NCBI GenBank assembly: GCA_002269645.1
Contig: NIVC01001130.1
Coordinates: 289,815-353,814 of the forward strand
Reading direction: 5' to 3'
Source of the DNA: Macrostomum lignano
Taxonomy: Eukaryota
Length of the DNA: 64,000 nucleotides
The position numbers and the translations under genes were made by a program. A model generated the notes under the pieces. It saw only the letters and a list, made by a program, of their open reading frames with translations. It searched no databases and was not told the DNA's origin. This document shows positions 14,890-27,584 of this stretch, one piece after another. Positions within the stretch are counted from its first letter, which is position 1; each line of letters starts with the position of its first letter.

Positions 14890-15238
14890 GATCCTCAGTG
14901 TCCTTCAGTTGTGGGTGCCGCTAATCCTCAGTGTCCTTCAGTTGTGGGTGCCGCTAATCCTCAGTGTTCTTCTGTTGTGGGTGCCGCTAATCCTCAGTGT
15001 CCTTCAGTTGTGGGTACCGCTAATCCTCAGTGTCCTTCAGTTGTGGGTACCGCTAATCCTCAGTGTCCTTCAGTTGTGGGTACCGCTAATCCTCAGTGTC
15101 CTTCAGTTGTGGGTACCGCTAATCCTCAGTGTCCTTCAGTTGTGGGTACCGCTAATCCTCAGTGTCCTTCAGTTGTGGGTACCGCTAATCCTCAGTGTCC
15201 TTCAGTTGTGGGTGCCGCTAATCCTCAGTGTCCTTCAG
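14890..15238. repeat. 33-bp minisatellite, ~10.5 copies (cctcagtgtccttcagttgtgggtaccgctaat), Gs intron 2
   Basis: Near-identical tandem units. Confidence 0.95.
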
Positions 15239-15310
15239 GGGTGGCTACGGGTTGCAGGTGAATCCCCCCACACAGTAGGCCTTTGTGCATAGCCAATAAA
15301 ATGTCTATTA

Positions 15311-15590
15311 GAATTTCCCACAGGAAGTTTTCCCGTTGTGGTTTGCCCGCCGAGGTTTTCCCGCAGGGTTTTCCAGTCGGTATTTCAAGTCAAATCCAAT
15401 CCGATTTGAAATCTACTCTAGTCTAGTTCTAATCTAGTCTAGTTCTAATCTAGTCCAACATTGTCTATAGACTAGATTTGACTCGAAATTCCAACTGGAA
15501 AAACTCTCGCGGGAAAACCTCGCTGCGGGAAAATCTTGACGGAGATATCTCGGCGGGCAAACCTCGGTGAAAAACTTTTTTGGGGAAATT
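15311..15590. mobile_element. Small foldback/MITE-like inverted-repeat element
   Basis: gaatttccc...tttgcccgccgag...ttttcccgcag...ttttccagt...gtcaaatc mirrored by gatttgac...actggaaaa...ctgcgggaaaa...ctcggcgggcaaa...gggaaattc; no clear TSD. Confidence 0.6.
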
Positions 15591-15639
15591 CTCGTGCTCC
15601 CCAATAAAATATCTCCACCCCTGCGGCTATGTTTGCCAG

Positions 15640-15912
15640 AGAAAAGCGCCAGAAAATTATGGACATCAAGAAGAACATCCGCGATGCAATCCTGTCAATA
15701 ACTGGCGCTATGAGCAACCTGAGCCCGCCAGTGACGCTGGAGCACGCAGACTACGAAGAGTACATTAACTATGTGCAGAACGAGGCTACTAAACCGGATT
15801 TCGATTATCCGCCGGAGTTTTTCCAATACACTATCAAGCTGTGGAACGATGCCGGGGTGCGGGCCTCGTTTGACCGGTCTAACGAGTACCAGCTGATCGA
15901 CTGCGCTAAATA
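15640..15912 (+). CDS. gnas: G alpha-s exon 3 (helical domain, ...[12 protein letters not shown])
   Basis: AG at 15638-15639, GTGAGT at 15913; IKKNIRDAI and [11 protein letters not shown] are Gs motifs. Confidence 0.97.
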
Positions 15913-17819
15913 GTGAGTAGTGAAGAACTGCCCATGTTCCAGTTGGCATCAATAGAGAATTAAATTCTTGATTTCAAAACTTTTCACACCCACACGATGT
16001 AAAAACATTGTTTTTAAGAAGTGAAACTTGAGCCCCTCAAAATGTCTAATATTTGATAAAAGAATGGCTCACATAAAAAATTGTCCTTTCTAAAATTTCG
16101 AAGAGGTTGCTCAATGCAACAAGTTTCGCATGAAAAATGGTGGTAAAAACGGCCCATTTAGTGACAGTCTTAAAATTTTACTTTACAATTGTCATATTTG
16201 CCTATTAAAGTGAAACCATTTCTGTCACTATTGTCCACTGATTACTAATGCATACAGTAAGTTATATTTTGCATCCTAACTTCCTATGGTTTTAATTACA
16301 GTTGCAATGGATTAATCGCAATGTATTCAAAAACAATGTTCTTACATTAATTTGTGGACCACCCTACTGAGCTCATACACAAGCTCGTCAATACTGTACA
16401 CAGGCACGCACTCACAACACGCTCACACGGGTGATTAAGCTTATCAATCAGACTTAATTGTGAGTTCGCTACGAATTGTTAATGGAATATAAAAAAAAAT
16501 TTTAAATTGCGTCGTAAATAGCACATCTGTTAGCAGATGCGGCCTGTGTGCGCCCCAGTACGCTAAATATGGGCAAACTATGCTCCCGTATCTACTTGTG
16601 CCTCAGCCGCTGCATCTCTTCTTCCATTCTAGTAACAGGCTGGCCTCTATATGGGAGACGTAGGCGGAGCGCTAATATGGGGGGGAGACTTTTTTCTCTT
16701 TTGGGCCGCCATGCATCCCTTTCTCTCTTCATCATATTTCTTCCCGAGGCGCTCGGGGCTGCCGCAGGCTTAGATCCAACATTTTTTTAGAAAGGGCCAG
16801 GCCGCGGCGGCATGCGGAGAGCAGCGGAGGGGACGCGAACTGTTCGGGAGGTATCGAGAAGGGGAATATTCTCCCTCCCCCCGGCCGGCTATCCCCAGTT
16901 ATTTCTCTTCCCTCCCCCCCCCCCTAGCTTAGCTGCACTTTCCCGGCGATTTGCAAATCTGGCAAAGTTCTTGTACGCCTGAATCCTTCCCCCCCCCCTG
17001 GGCTATCCCACTCTCCTCGTGCCCGCAACTCTTGCGTTCCCCTTTCTTTCAGCCTCCCCCCCAGCCTTACTCTGTCTCCTCATATCTCCCCCCCCGCCCT
17101 AAAGTCCAGTTCGTTTCCCCTTGCCTGGGGTGTAGGAACTGCGCCAACCTCTGTCCTATTGGTACTTTATTGCACTGCCGTGTGCGAAGATCCTCCCTCC
17201 TCCTTTCTGCCTTGGGTCTTTTCTAAGACTCTAACTGGCTACCGCACTCTGCGCAGGGATGGTCCCTTGGCTTGATTTGCCCTTCTTTGCACACCTCAGC
17301 TTTTTTTGGCTACAGAACTATCCCAGGGAGCTGCCTTCGGCTCATTACTTATTGCTTCTCCTAAAAGGGAACTTTTGAAGACATTTTTGGGTATTATTTT
17401 AATAGGAAATTTTGTTAGAGAATATCTGCTTGGCCGGGCTTTAAAAACTATGCTATGCTATGCATATGGGGAAAGAGTCTAATTTGGCAGCTAAAAAAAG
17501 GCTGACCAAAATCCCAGAATATGTACTTTTTCAGTACTATATGCATGATTGCATTATTCTTTCTGCCTTCCCTCTCTCGGTCTAATTTCTCTCGTTGTAC
17601 GCTTCTTGGTGTGTCTGCTACAGAAATTTCTCTGCGCCTATAGAAGAGAACCGGAGACAGGGGACTTCTTCTTTTTTTTAGCCTCGCCACTGCCTATATT
17701 TTTCACGCCCTACTGAAGGTGATATGGCTGCAAGCTGTAGGTGGAGTGCAGCGAGACGGCGGTGGAGTAGAGAGGGAAGAATGAAGGTGAACAAAGTCGA
17801 AGGAGATTGAAGCAAGGAA

Positions 17820-18720
17820 GGGAGGGGTCATGTCAAATATAGCTATGCCTGTATGGCTGAGGGGAGGGGGTCATGTCAAATATAGCTATGCCTGTATAGC
17901 TGAGTGAAGGGGGTCATGTCAAATATAGCTATGCCTGTATAGCTGAGGGGAGGGAGTCATGTCAAATATAGCTATGCCTGTATAGCTGAGTGAAGGGGGT
18001 CATGTCAAATATAGCTATGCCTGTATGGCTGAGGGGAGGGGGTCATGTCAAATATAGCTATGTCTGTATAGCTGAGGGGAGGGGGTCATGTCAAATATAG
18101 CTATGCCTGTATAGCTGAGGGGAGGGGGTCATGTCAAATATAGCTATGCCTGTATAGCTGAGGGGAGGGAGTCATGTCAAATATAGCTATGCCTGTATAG
18201 CTGAGGGGAGGGAGTCATGTCAAATATAGCTATGCCTGTATAGCTGAGGGGAGGGGGTCATGTCAAATATAGCTATGCCTGTATAGCTGAGGGTAGGGGG
18301 TCATGTCAAATATAGCTATGCCTGTATAGCTGAGGGTAGGGAGTCATGTCAAATATAGCTATGCCTGTATGGCTGAGGGGAGGGGTAATTTCAAATATAG
18401 CTATGCCTGTATAGCTGAGGGGAGGGGGTCATGTCAAATATAGCTATGCCTGTATAGCTGAGGGGAGGGGGTCATGTCAAATATAGCTATGCCTGTATAG
18501 CTGAGGGGAGGGGGTCATGTCAAATATAGCTATGCCTGTAAAGCTGAGGGGAGGGGGTAATTTCAAATATAGCTATGCCTGTATAGCTGAGGGGAGGGGG
18601 TCATGTCAAATATAGCTATGCCTCTAAGGCTGAGGGGAGGGGGTAATTTCAAATATAGCTATGCCTGTATAGCTGAGGGGAGGGGGTCATGTCAAATATA
18701 GCTATGCCTGCATAGCTGAG
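17820..18720. repeat. 43-bp minisatellite, ~21 copies (gaggggagggggtcatgtcaaatatagctatgcctgtatagct), Gs intron 3
   Basis: Tandem units read directly. Confidence 0.95.
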
Positions 18721-19183
18721 GGTAAGCGGTTTGAGCCTTTTGCGCTAGATACGAAGCTGCATTCCCAGTTATACGAGTAACTGCAATAGGCACAGATGCC
18801 AGATTCCATAGTATAGTCTGCGTGTAATTTCGACAGCTGAGAAAGCCTCTAGAAATTTAATTAAGTTTTTTTCCCTGGCCACTAGTGAACGAGCACTTTC
18901 TTTTCTTTCCTAGCCTCAGTTTTGCCTCTCCTCTCTGGCATTGATTTGCATACCGGCGGTCTTTGGACTCGTTCATCTCTTCATTTTTTCGGCTCCGCTC
19001 ATTTCCTTCTTTGTAATTTGAGAATCGCGCGGCGGCGTTCTTTCACGAATTATGATTATGAAAAAGTGCATTTATTATTTTTTTATATAGAAACTATTGC
19101 TGCCTACAAGTCTAGTGGCAATATTGTTACAAGTGTATTCCAGCCATAATAAAGGCATTTTCCAAATCCCGACTCCCTAACAG

Positions 19184-19492
19184 CTTTCTGGACAAAGCCG
19201 AAGAGGTCGGTCGCGCCGACTACGAGCCTTCGGAGCAGGACATCCTTCGCTGCCGTGTCCTCACGTCCGGCATCTTTGAGACGAAGTTCTGCGTTGACAA
19301 AGTCCAGTTTCACATGTTCGACGTTGGCGGTCAGCGCGAGGAGCGCAGAAAATGGATTCAGTGCTTTAACGATGTCACCGCAATCATCTTTGTGACCGCC
19401 TCCTCATCCTACAACATGGTGCTGCGCGAGGATCCGTCTCAAAATCGGCTGAAGGAGAGCCTGGACCTGTTCCAGTCTATCTGGACCAACCG
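19184..19492 (+). CDS. gnas: G alpha-s exon 4 (switch I RCRVLTSG, switch [18 protein letters not shown])
   Basis: AG at 19182-19183, GTGAGA at 19493; catalytic Arg and Gln intact. Confidence 0.98.
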
Positions 19493-19527
19493 GTGAGAGG
19501 GGAGCGCTGGGCTGCCGGCACGGCTCG

Positions 19528-19528
19528 C

Positions 19529-19616
<88 letters not shown>

Positions 19617-19646
19617 GGACAGACGGACGGACGGACAGACAGACAG
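19528..19646. repeat. (GACA)n microsatellite just downstream of Gs exon 4 donor
   Basis: Direct. Confidence 0.97.
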
Positions 19647-21064
19647 GCACTAAGATATACGAGCGTATTTCAATTATTGATTTACAAAGCCACACTTTGA
19701 TGGAGCTGTGAAAAATGGTTTATTCTGCTTTAAGCCGCAGACTTGACGAAGAAAAGCAGTGATGTCAGACATTCGCAGAAGCTTAGCGCCAAAATTACAA
19801 ATAAAGACTTGATTGCCGGGTGTGTGCGGGCGAATACGGCTGAATAAGGTGAGGCAGCTGAGACGGGTTGGATCGGTCTCTGCTCTGCTCTGCGCACCCT
19901 TCCTGGGTCTGGCGGTCGCGTCTTTAATTACGCGTGGCAGAACGGAGGACTCAAGGGCAGGGGTTGCTGGACTGGTCGACTTGCATCTTTCTCGCCTCAT
20001 CGCGGCTGATGATGAAAGGGCGCACTATCTTTTTTTAGCCTGCGACATTCTCTATTTATCCCTCTACTATGGGCTCTCAAGCTGCTCAGATCTGATCTAT
20101 GTGCCGTCTATCTCAGGCAGTTTCATCACTTGCTGAATAGTTGGCCTTCTTCCTGTTTTTTTTATTACAATTTTTTATATACTAGTAGCTGGCGTATCGA
20201 CTCAATCTATATTTGTACAATCTGTGTATTTATTGGCTATAGATGCACTCGTATGTGTCATTTCTCATCTCTATTTCTGTCTTGTCTGTCTGTCTGTCCG
20301 TTTCTTTCCAGCCTTCTATATTTCTCATCCGCATATTCTTAGCTCCAACGGGCTCGCAGTGCTCTCTTCTTGGCCCGTCCCTGTCAGATCAGCTAGCCTT
20401 ATTTTCAGTCCTGTCCGAGCCTCACTCGAAGATTTTGCCTCATTTTTTTCTCTGTGTCTGTCTCGACATCCCAGAGCATCCATGCGATCCGCTATTCCTG
20501 CAGCCCCACCCCCCCCCCTCTTATTGCAAACTTTTGCGCCTTGCTTGCCAGGGTAGGCTTAAGACTGCTGGGCGACACCGACCGACCTTGGTAAGATGGG
20601 AGCTTGAGTAGGGATTGAGCCGATTCTTCCCCTTTCCCCCTCTCTCGGAACGTAGGAAAAAAAGAAAGAGAGCAGCAGTCTCAGGGTTGAAGCGAGAGAG
20701 AGAGAGGGAGAGAGTAGCTACTGACTTCGGGTGAAGAAGGCAGCGAAGGAAATTCATTTATCCGAGCCCCTCTCCTTTTCCCCATCTCTCTCTTTCTCTC
20801 TCTCTCTCTTTCTCCCTTTTCTCGCTGCTGTCTTCGCTGTGCTGTCTAGTTGTGCACATATGCGCCTTCTGATTGCCTGGGTCTGCATGCATAGCATTAT
20901 ATAGTCTATACAATGGTATATACACATCTCTCTCTGATGCGGCTCTTATGCTGCGATTATATTTCAGGTCTGGGTGTACTTAACCGATTATAAATATGCC
21001 TCTATTGCTGTCCACCAGTAAGCTGCGATCTCTGTAACCGATTGTGTGTACGACTCTTCTCAGA

Positions 21065-21860
21065 CTAACATCTCAGATCCTCAGGCTGTGATTCCAACAT
21101 CTCAGATCCCCAGGCTGTGATTCCAATATCTCAGATCCCCAGGCTGTGATTCCAACACCTCAGATCCTCAGGCTGTGATTCCAACACCTCAGATCCTCAG
21201 GCTGTGATTCCAACATCTCAGATCCTCAGGCTGTGATTCCAACACCTCAGATCCTCAGGCTGTGATTCCAACACCTCAGATCCTCAGGCTGTGATTCCAA
21301 CACCTCAGATCCTCAGGCTGTGATTCCAACATCTCAGATCCCCAGGCTGTGATTCCAACATCTCAGATCCCCAGGCTGTGATTCCAACATCTCAGATCCT
21401 CAGGCTGTGATTCCAACACCTCAGATCCTCAGGCTGTTAGGAGTTCCAACACCTCAGATCCTCAGACTGTGAGGAATTCCAACATCTCAGATCCTCAGGC
21501 TGTGAGGAGTTCCAACATCTCAGATCCTCAGGCTGTTAGGAGTTCCAACACCTCAGATCCTCAGGCTGTGAGGAATTCCAACATCTCAGATCCTCAGGCT
21601 GTGAGGAGTTCCAACATCTCAGATCCTCAGGCTGTGAGGAGTTCCAACATCTCAGATCCTCAGGCTGTGAGGAGTTCCAACATCTCAGATCCTCAGGCTG
21701 TGAGGAGTTCCAACATCTCAGATCCTCAGGCTGTGAGGAGTTCCAACATCTCAGATCCTCAGGCTGTGAGGAGTTCCAACATCTCAGATCCTCAGGCTGT
21801 GAGGAGTTCCAACATCTCAGATCCTCAGGCTGTGAGGAGTTCCAACATTCCAGATCCTCG
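21065..21860. repeat. Bipartite minisatellite: 29-bp units then 33-bp units (aacatctcagatcctcaggctgtga[ggag]ttcc)
   Basis: Period 29 at 21181/21210; period 33 after ~21430. Confidence 0.95.
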
Positions 21861-21994
21861 AGCTTACTTCCGTAGCCTCTGCTAACCTGAATGATTTTTT
21901 ACTTATTAGGCTTTTCATACCGCAATAGCCAAGCCTTTCAGCTTCAATTGCAGCACATTTCAGCCGTCCCAAACTCGCCAATGATAAATTCCAG

Positions 21995-22128
21995 ATACCT
22001 GCGATCCATCTCCGTGATCCTATTCCTGAATAAGCAGGATCTGCTAGCGGAGAAAATCCTGGCCGGCAAGTCTAAATTAGAGCATTACTTTCACGAATAC
22101 AAGGACTACAATCTGCCTTCGGAAGGTG
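21995..22128 (+). CDS. gnas: G alpha-s exon 5 ([10 protein letters not shown]); end 22128 or 22125
   Basis: AG at 21993-21994; NKQD G4 motif; tandem donors GTG/GTAAG. Confidence 0.95.
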
Positions 22129-22589
22129 GTAAGCAAATTGTTATATTAATTATAATCCCCCGGTTTTTAGGCTAGGTTCAGTTTGATATTAAAAATGTCA
22201 GCGTATATTTAACTTGCTGACAAGCTTGAAAATTAATTTACTCAGAGTTTGCACTTTGCTAGGGTCTCCATTGATCTCAGTTCTTATATTTAGTAAGGCT
22301 GGCTTATCTCAGCTAGCTACTTGGCGTCTCGCTTCAAAGCATTCCCAGCCTCTATGCGCGAGTGTGTTTGAGCTGTTCCACTACTCTGCGGTATCGGGGC
22401 CGCTCCAGAGCTTTGAATAATTTAATGGCACCTCATTTTATGTCCCAAGCTTTCCTCCCAAACTTTTTAAGCGGGCTCTCCTTACTTCATTCTGTAAGAG
22501 AATGCCTGATTCTGAACAGACATTATAATTACGATTATTATGACATCTTACATTATTTCATTCCTGCTTCGCCCTACTCGCCTGTGCAG

Positions 22590-22657
22590 TAAGCAATCCG
22601 GATTCTGAAGACATGGAAGTGCTTCGGGCGAAGTACTTTATCAGAGATCAGTTCTTG
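22590..22657 (+). CDS. gnas: G alpha-s exon 6 (RAKYFIRDQFL)
   Basis: AG at 22588-22589, GTGAGT at 22658. Confidence 0.95.
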
Positions 22658-22904
22658 GTGAGTCACAGCAATTTTTAGTTTAAGATAATTTCGACCATAT
22701 TTGAATTTAGCATAATTAATGGCCTTTCTCTGCTTCTTACTACTAAAAGTAATAACTTGAAGAAACTTAATCAAATAGAGCTGCTAAGTCTTGAAATAGA
22801 AATCCAAAACTGCCGCTATCTACACAATCAGCGGTGTAAAACTGCCGCGAGCTAAATTAATATAGTTATGAAAATTCGCGGATAGCTACAAAATAGAGAT
22901 ATCA

Positions 22905-23768
22905 AATCTACCCATAGCTACAATAGTAGCTATCAAATCTACCCATAGCTACAATAGTAGCTATCAAATCTACCCATAGCTACAACAGTAGCTATCAAAT
23001 CTACCCATAGCTACAACAGTAGATATCAAATATACCCATATCTACAACAGTAGATTTCAAATATACCCATAGCTACAACAGTAGATATCAAATATACCCA
23101 TAGCTACAACAGTAGATATCAAATATACCCATAGCTACAACAGTAGATATATATCAAATCTACCGCTAGCTACAATATTATAGATATCAAATCTACCGCT
23201 AGCTACAATCATTTAGATATCAAATCTACCGCTAGCTACAATATTATAGATATCAAATCTACCGATAGCTACAATATTATACATATCAAATCTACCGCTA
23301 GCTACAATATTACAGATATGAAATCTACCGCTAGCTACAATATTATAGATATGAAATCTACCGCTAGCTACAATATTATAGATATGAAATCTACCGCTAG
23401 CTACAATATTATACTGGTAGATATCAAATCTACCGCTAGCTACAATATTATAGATATGAAATCTACCGCTAGCTACAATATTATAGATATCAAATCAACC
23501 GCTAGCTGCAATATTATAGATATGAAATTACCGCTAGCTGCAATATTATAGATATGAAATTACCGCTAGCTACAATATTATAGATATGAAATCTACCGCT
23601 AGCTACAATATTATAGATATGAAATCTACCGCTAGCTACAATATTATAGATATCAAATCAACCGCTAGCTACAATATTATAGATATCAAATCTACCGCTA
23701 GCTGCAATATTATAGATATGAAATTACCGCTAGCTACAATATTATAGATATCAAATCTACCGCTAGCT
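22905..23768. repeat. Bipartite minisatellite: 31-bp then 33-bp units (agctacaat...gatat(c/g)aaatctacc), Gs intron 6
   Basis: Direct; runs to within ~20 nt of the exon 7 acceptor. Confidence 0.93.
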
Positions 23769-23788
23769 CCGAATTCGGATATCCGCAG

Positions 23789-23953
23789 AAAATCAGCACA
23801 GTCACGCCAGCCAATCAGCGCAATGCCAGCCAGCAGCACTATTGTTATCCGCACTTCACTTGCGCTGTTGACACAGAGAATATTCGCCGGGTGTTCAAAG
23901 ACTGCCGCGACATCATCCAGCGGATGCACCTGCGCCAATACGAGCTGCTCTGA
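23789..23953 (+). CDS. gnas: G alpha-s exon 7 ([20 protein letters not shown]...HLRQYELL*)
   Basis: C-terminal QYELL is diagnostic of Gs; joined CDS = 1140 nt = 379 aa + stop. Confidence 0.98.
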   Translation, partial: KISTVTPANQRNASQQHYCYPHFTCAVDTENIRRVFKDCRDIIQRMHLRQYELL

Positions 23954-26710
23954 TTGACTGGCTGATTGACGTATTGAGACACCAGAGAGTGCATAACTCT
24001 GATAGCTTAATTAGAAGGTCGATAATCGGAAGGTAGCAGCGCTGCATATGCTCAAAAAGTTTGAATTTGCGATGCCTCTCCTCTTCCTTCCTTTCTGTCG
24101 TCTTAAACAAACGCGCTTAGCGATTAAGATTTGTGTTTTCGACATCGACAAAGCTCTCATCTGCTCCGCTGGGTTTTTGCCTCTGTCCGCCTATTCTGTT
24201 TAGTCTTCACGCGCGCAGTCTGGAACCAATATACTTGCGTATAAATATGTCGTCATGTATCTTAGCAATTTATTCAATTATTCGAAGCTCCTGTCTCATT
24301 GAAATTGCATTGGTTTACCGCACTCCACATCATTGTATTGATTCTTATAAATAATCTATTGATCATCTTTGCGTAGCGCTACGTTCAGCTCTAGAATTAG
24401 TTTATTTCGTAGATAGCTACACTTACTGCAGTTTTTATTGTTTAAATCGCTTTGGATAGCACATGTTATTCATGACTTAGTTGTATTAGTAATTTATTAT
24501 ATGCCAGAACAGATGCCCGCTTAAAAATTTTAACTGTTGCGTGTGTGCTCACCGCAATCTGCAATTTTTCTAGTCACTACAATGAACTCTGACTGATATC
24601 ATAGTCCTTATATTTTCTTTTTATTGTTTTTATATGCTTTTGACTGCTCGCAAAATATGTGGCGAGTTTTTTTGATAGTTGTTTTTTACCTTTCACTTGC
24701 CTAGCGTAACCATCGGCTTAACTATGTTGGAAAATTAGTGAGCTTTTTATTATAAATCTATTTTAGATTTTACATTGCAATGTGCAATATATTTTTCGGG
24801 TGTATGAGAGTATTGTATAGTTTTTGTTATATAGTTTTTTGTGTTTTAAATATGTTTGCAGATGTATCCAATGAATATTAAAAGCTAAAAAATAAGGCTA
24901 GACTTGTCAGTTGAATAAAAAATCAATAAGCTAAGACTTATAAGTCGATAAAAAGCCAATAACGAGTCACGACAAGGGGGTACAAGGAGATGATAGTTGG
25001 AAGTCGATTTTAAATTCATTCCGACAATCCACACGCACAAGCGTCGATGAAACAAGCCACTAGAGTGGCGAGGCGATAAGGTGGGCTTGGCTGGTATAAA
25101 AGTAAAGGTTTGGTGGGGCTTGAATAGTCGTTCATAAAATCGATAATAAAACATCCCCAACCCCTCTAGACGTACAGGCTTTAATGCACACAAGCCACTA
25201 TAGAGGTCATAAGGTGGGGTTGTCTGGTAGGGGATAGAAAAGTAAAGGGTTTGGCGGGGTTGTTCTAAAAAATCGATAATATAACCATTTAACCCCTCTA
25301 GGCGCATAGGCCTAGATAAAACAAGCCGGGGATAGGGTAAGGAAGTGATGTTGTAGGACTGTAGAGTGTAGACTTCAGCCACCCCCTATACGCACAGGCA
25401 TTGGTGAAAGAGACAATTAGAAGGAAAATAAGTGAGGTGGGCTGGTAGGGGGTAAGGAATCGAGGGGTTTCGTGGGCTTAAATTAAAGGCTCATCCAAGA
25501 ATCGATAATTAAGCTTTGCTTACCCCTTTACGCATACAGGCATTGATATAAGCATTCGAGTAAGAGGGTAGCAAAGTCAGTCTTAGTTTGGGTTATTAAG
25601 ACAATAACTGACGTCACCACTATATGCGATTGAATAGCAGATACAAATGGCAAACACACGCTAGTCACATAAAAACAATTTATTTATGGGAGATCTTTGT
25701 TTTATCAACCATGACTAATAACTATCCAGCGCAATTCTCAATACAGCTGATTTTTATATTCTATGCATAATTCTAATAGGCAAATTTTTTAGTTACCGCT
25801 TTTGTGGTTTCTTCTGTCTATATTTTGACGTGTTTTTTTGCGCGCCGCTTTAAGTTTTCTCAAAAATATCTTTACTATTATTAGGTATATAATTGTGTGC
25901 GCGCTTGCGCCACCAGTCATCTCCCTGTAGTAGGCGCGCTTGCTGCATTCAATTCAAGGAGTCACCGTATATTGGAGCGTCTAAATAGCAGAAGATAAAT
26001 TGCTTTATATGCTTTGGTATATATTGTATGCATTACTAATTATTTGGCTGTCTTTTGACAAAGCTTTTTTGTCAATTTTTGACTTGAGGCTCTGCTCCTG
26101 TCTGTATCGTTTGCTTTTATATAACGTTATATTCTTATTATATAGTCATTTAATTTGCTTTTTTGTTAAGTTCAAAAAACCATGGTATGGTATGGTCATA
26201 CTCATACAGTCCTTGCACTACCTAAGCACCTTCTTTATTCAAGCAGTCTAAATAGCTAAATTAATTAATGGCATTCGATTTCGTCGCATTATTTAATTTA
26301 ATAACCCCATTGCACTTATACTACTTATTCAGTAGTAGCGTATAGGCGCTTTCCCGATTCTTCTAAATTAAATATCTCATACTGTTTTTTTCGATTTAAT
26401 TTCTAGAAATTTAGTCAAATATTTTAGTATATTGTCAAATATCTTATATCAGATATGACAGGACAAACGAAAAGCCAATTCAATTTTATAGGTTTTTGCC
26501 TATCTAATATTATCCTCTCTAAATGCTTTTCTCGGTTCGCGATATTGAAATGACTTGATAGATGCGATATTATAATTTAACACAACAAATATATAATGTG
26601 AAACAGACATCAGCGTCCAGTTCGCACCGCTCCATATCACATACTGCCCTGTTGAAATTCATTTGACGCTTTTTGATGCCCTGTCTTCTAAAACGAATTT
26701 CATTTCAGTC

Positions 26711-27450
26711 AGGGATATTTCCCCAATCCCCAGTGTGCATAGCAACTGTCTTCAGCAGGGATGTTTCCCCAATCCCCAGTGTGCATAGCAACTGTCTTCA
26801 GCAGGGATGTTTCCCCAATCCCCAGTGTGCATAGCAACTGTCTTCAGCAGGGATGTTTCCCCAATCCCCAGTGTGCATAGCAACTGTCTTCAGCAGGGAT
26901 GTTTCCCCAATCCCCAGTGTGCATAGCAACTGTCTTCAGCAGGGATGTTTCCCCAATCCCCAGTGTGCATAGCAACTGTCTTCAGCAGGGATATTTCCCC
27001 AATCCCCAGTGTGCATAGCAACTGTCTTCAGCAGGGATGTTTCCCCAATCCCCAGTGTGCATAGCAACTGTCTTCAGCAGGGATGTTTCCCCAATCCCCA
27101 GTGTGCATAGCAACTGTCTTCAGCAGGGATATTTCCCCAATCCCCAGTGTGCATAGCAACTGTCTTCAGCAGGGATATTTCCCCAATCCCCAGTGTGCAT
27201 AGCAACTGTCTTCAGCAGGGATGTTTCCCCAATCCCCAGTGTGCATAGCAACTGTCTTCAGCAGGGATATTTCCCCAATCCCCAGTGTGCATAGCAACTG
27301 TCTTCAGCAGGGATATTTCCCCAATCCCCAGTGTGCATAGCAACTGTCTTCAGCAGGGATGTTTCCCCAATCCCCAGTGTGCATAGCAACTGTCTTCAGC
27401 AGGGATATTTCCCCAATCCCCAGTGTGCATAGCAACTGTCTTCAGCAGGG
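26711..27450. repeat. 46-bp minisatellite, 16 copies, ending 135 bp upstream of the GH65-like ATG
   Basis: Unit agggat(g/a)tttccccaatccccagtgtgcatagcaactgtcttcagc. Confidence 0.97.
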
Positions 27451-27584
27451 TTCCTCTAGCTAACGCAGATCCCAATCGCTAACACCTTCACTTTCATGAT
27501 CATTTACTGTCGCAACAACCCGCAGGCGTACTTGCCTGAGAGTAGATTAGCTAGAGAGAAGCCCCTGCTCTTCGCGGCCCCCCA

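Noticed and set aside
16480-17700. CT-rich CpG-containing segment suspected to be a transposon (similar segment at 19650-21050)
   Set aside because: No convincing TIR, TSD or coding motif found by eye
25000-25560. Degenerate ~135-bp tandem repeat and overlapping 165-aa minus-strand ORF
   Set aside because: No domain similarity or defined termini; likely an old repeat remnant
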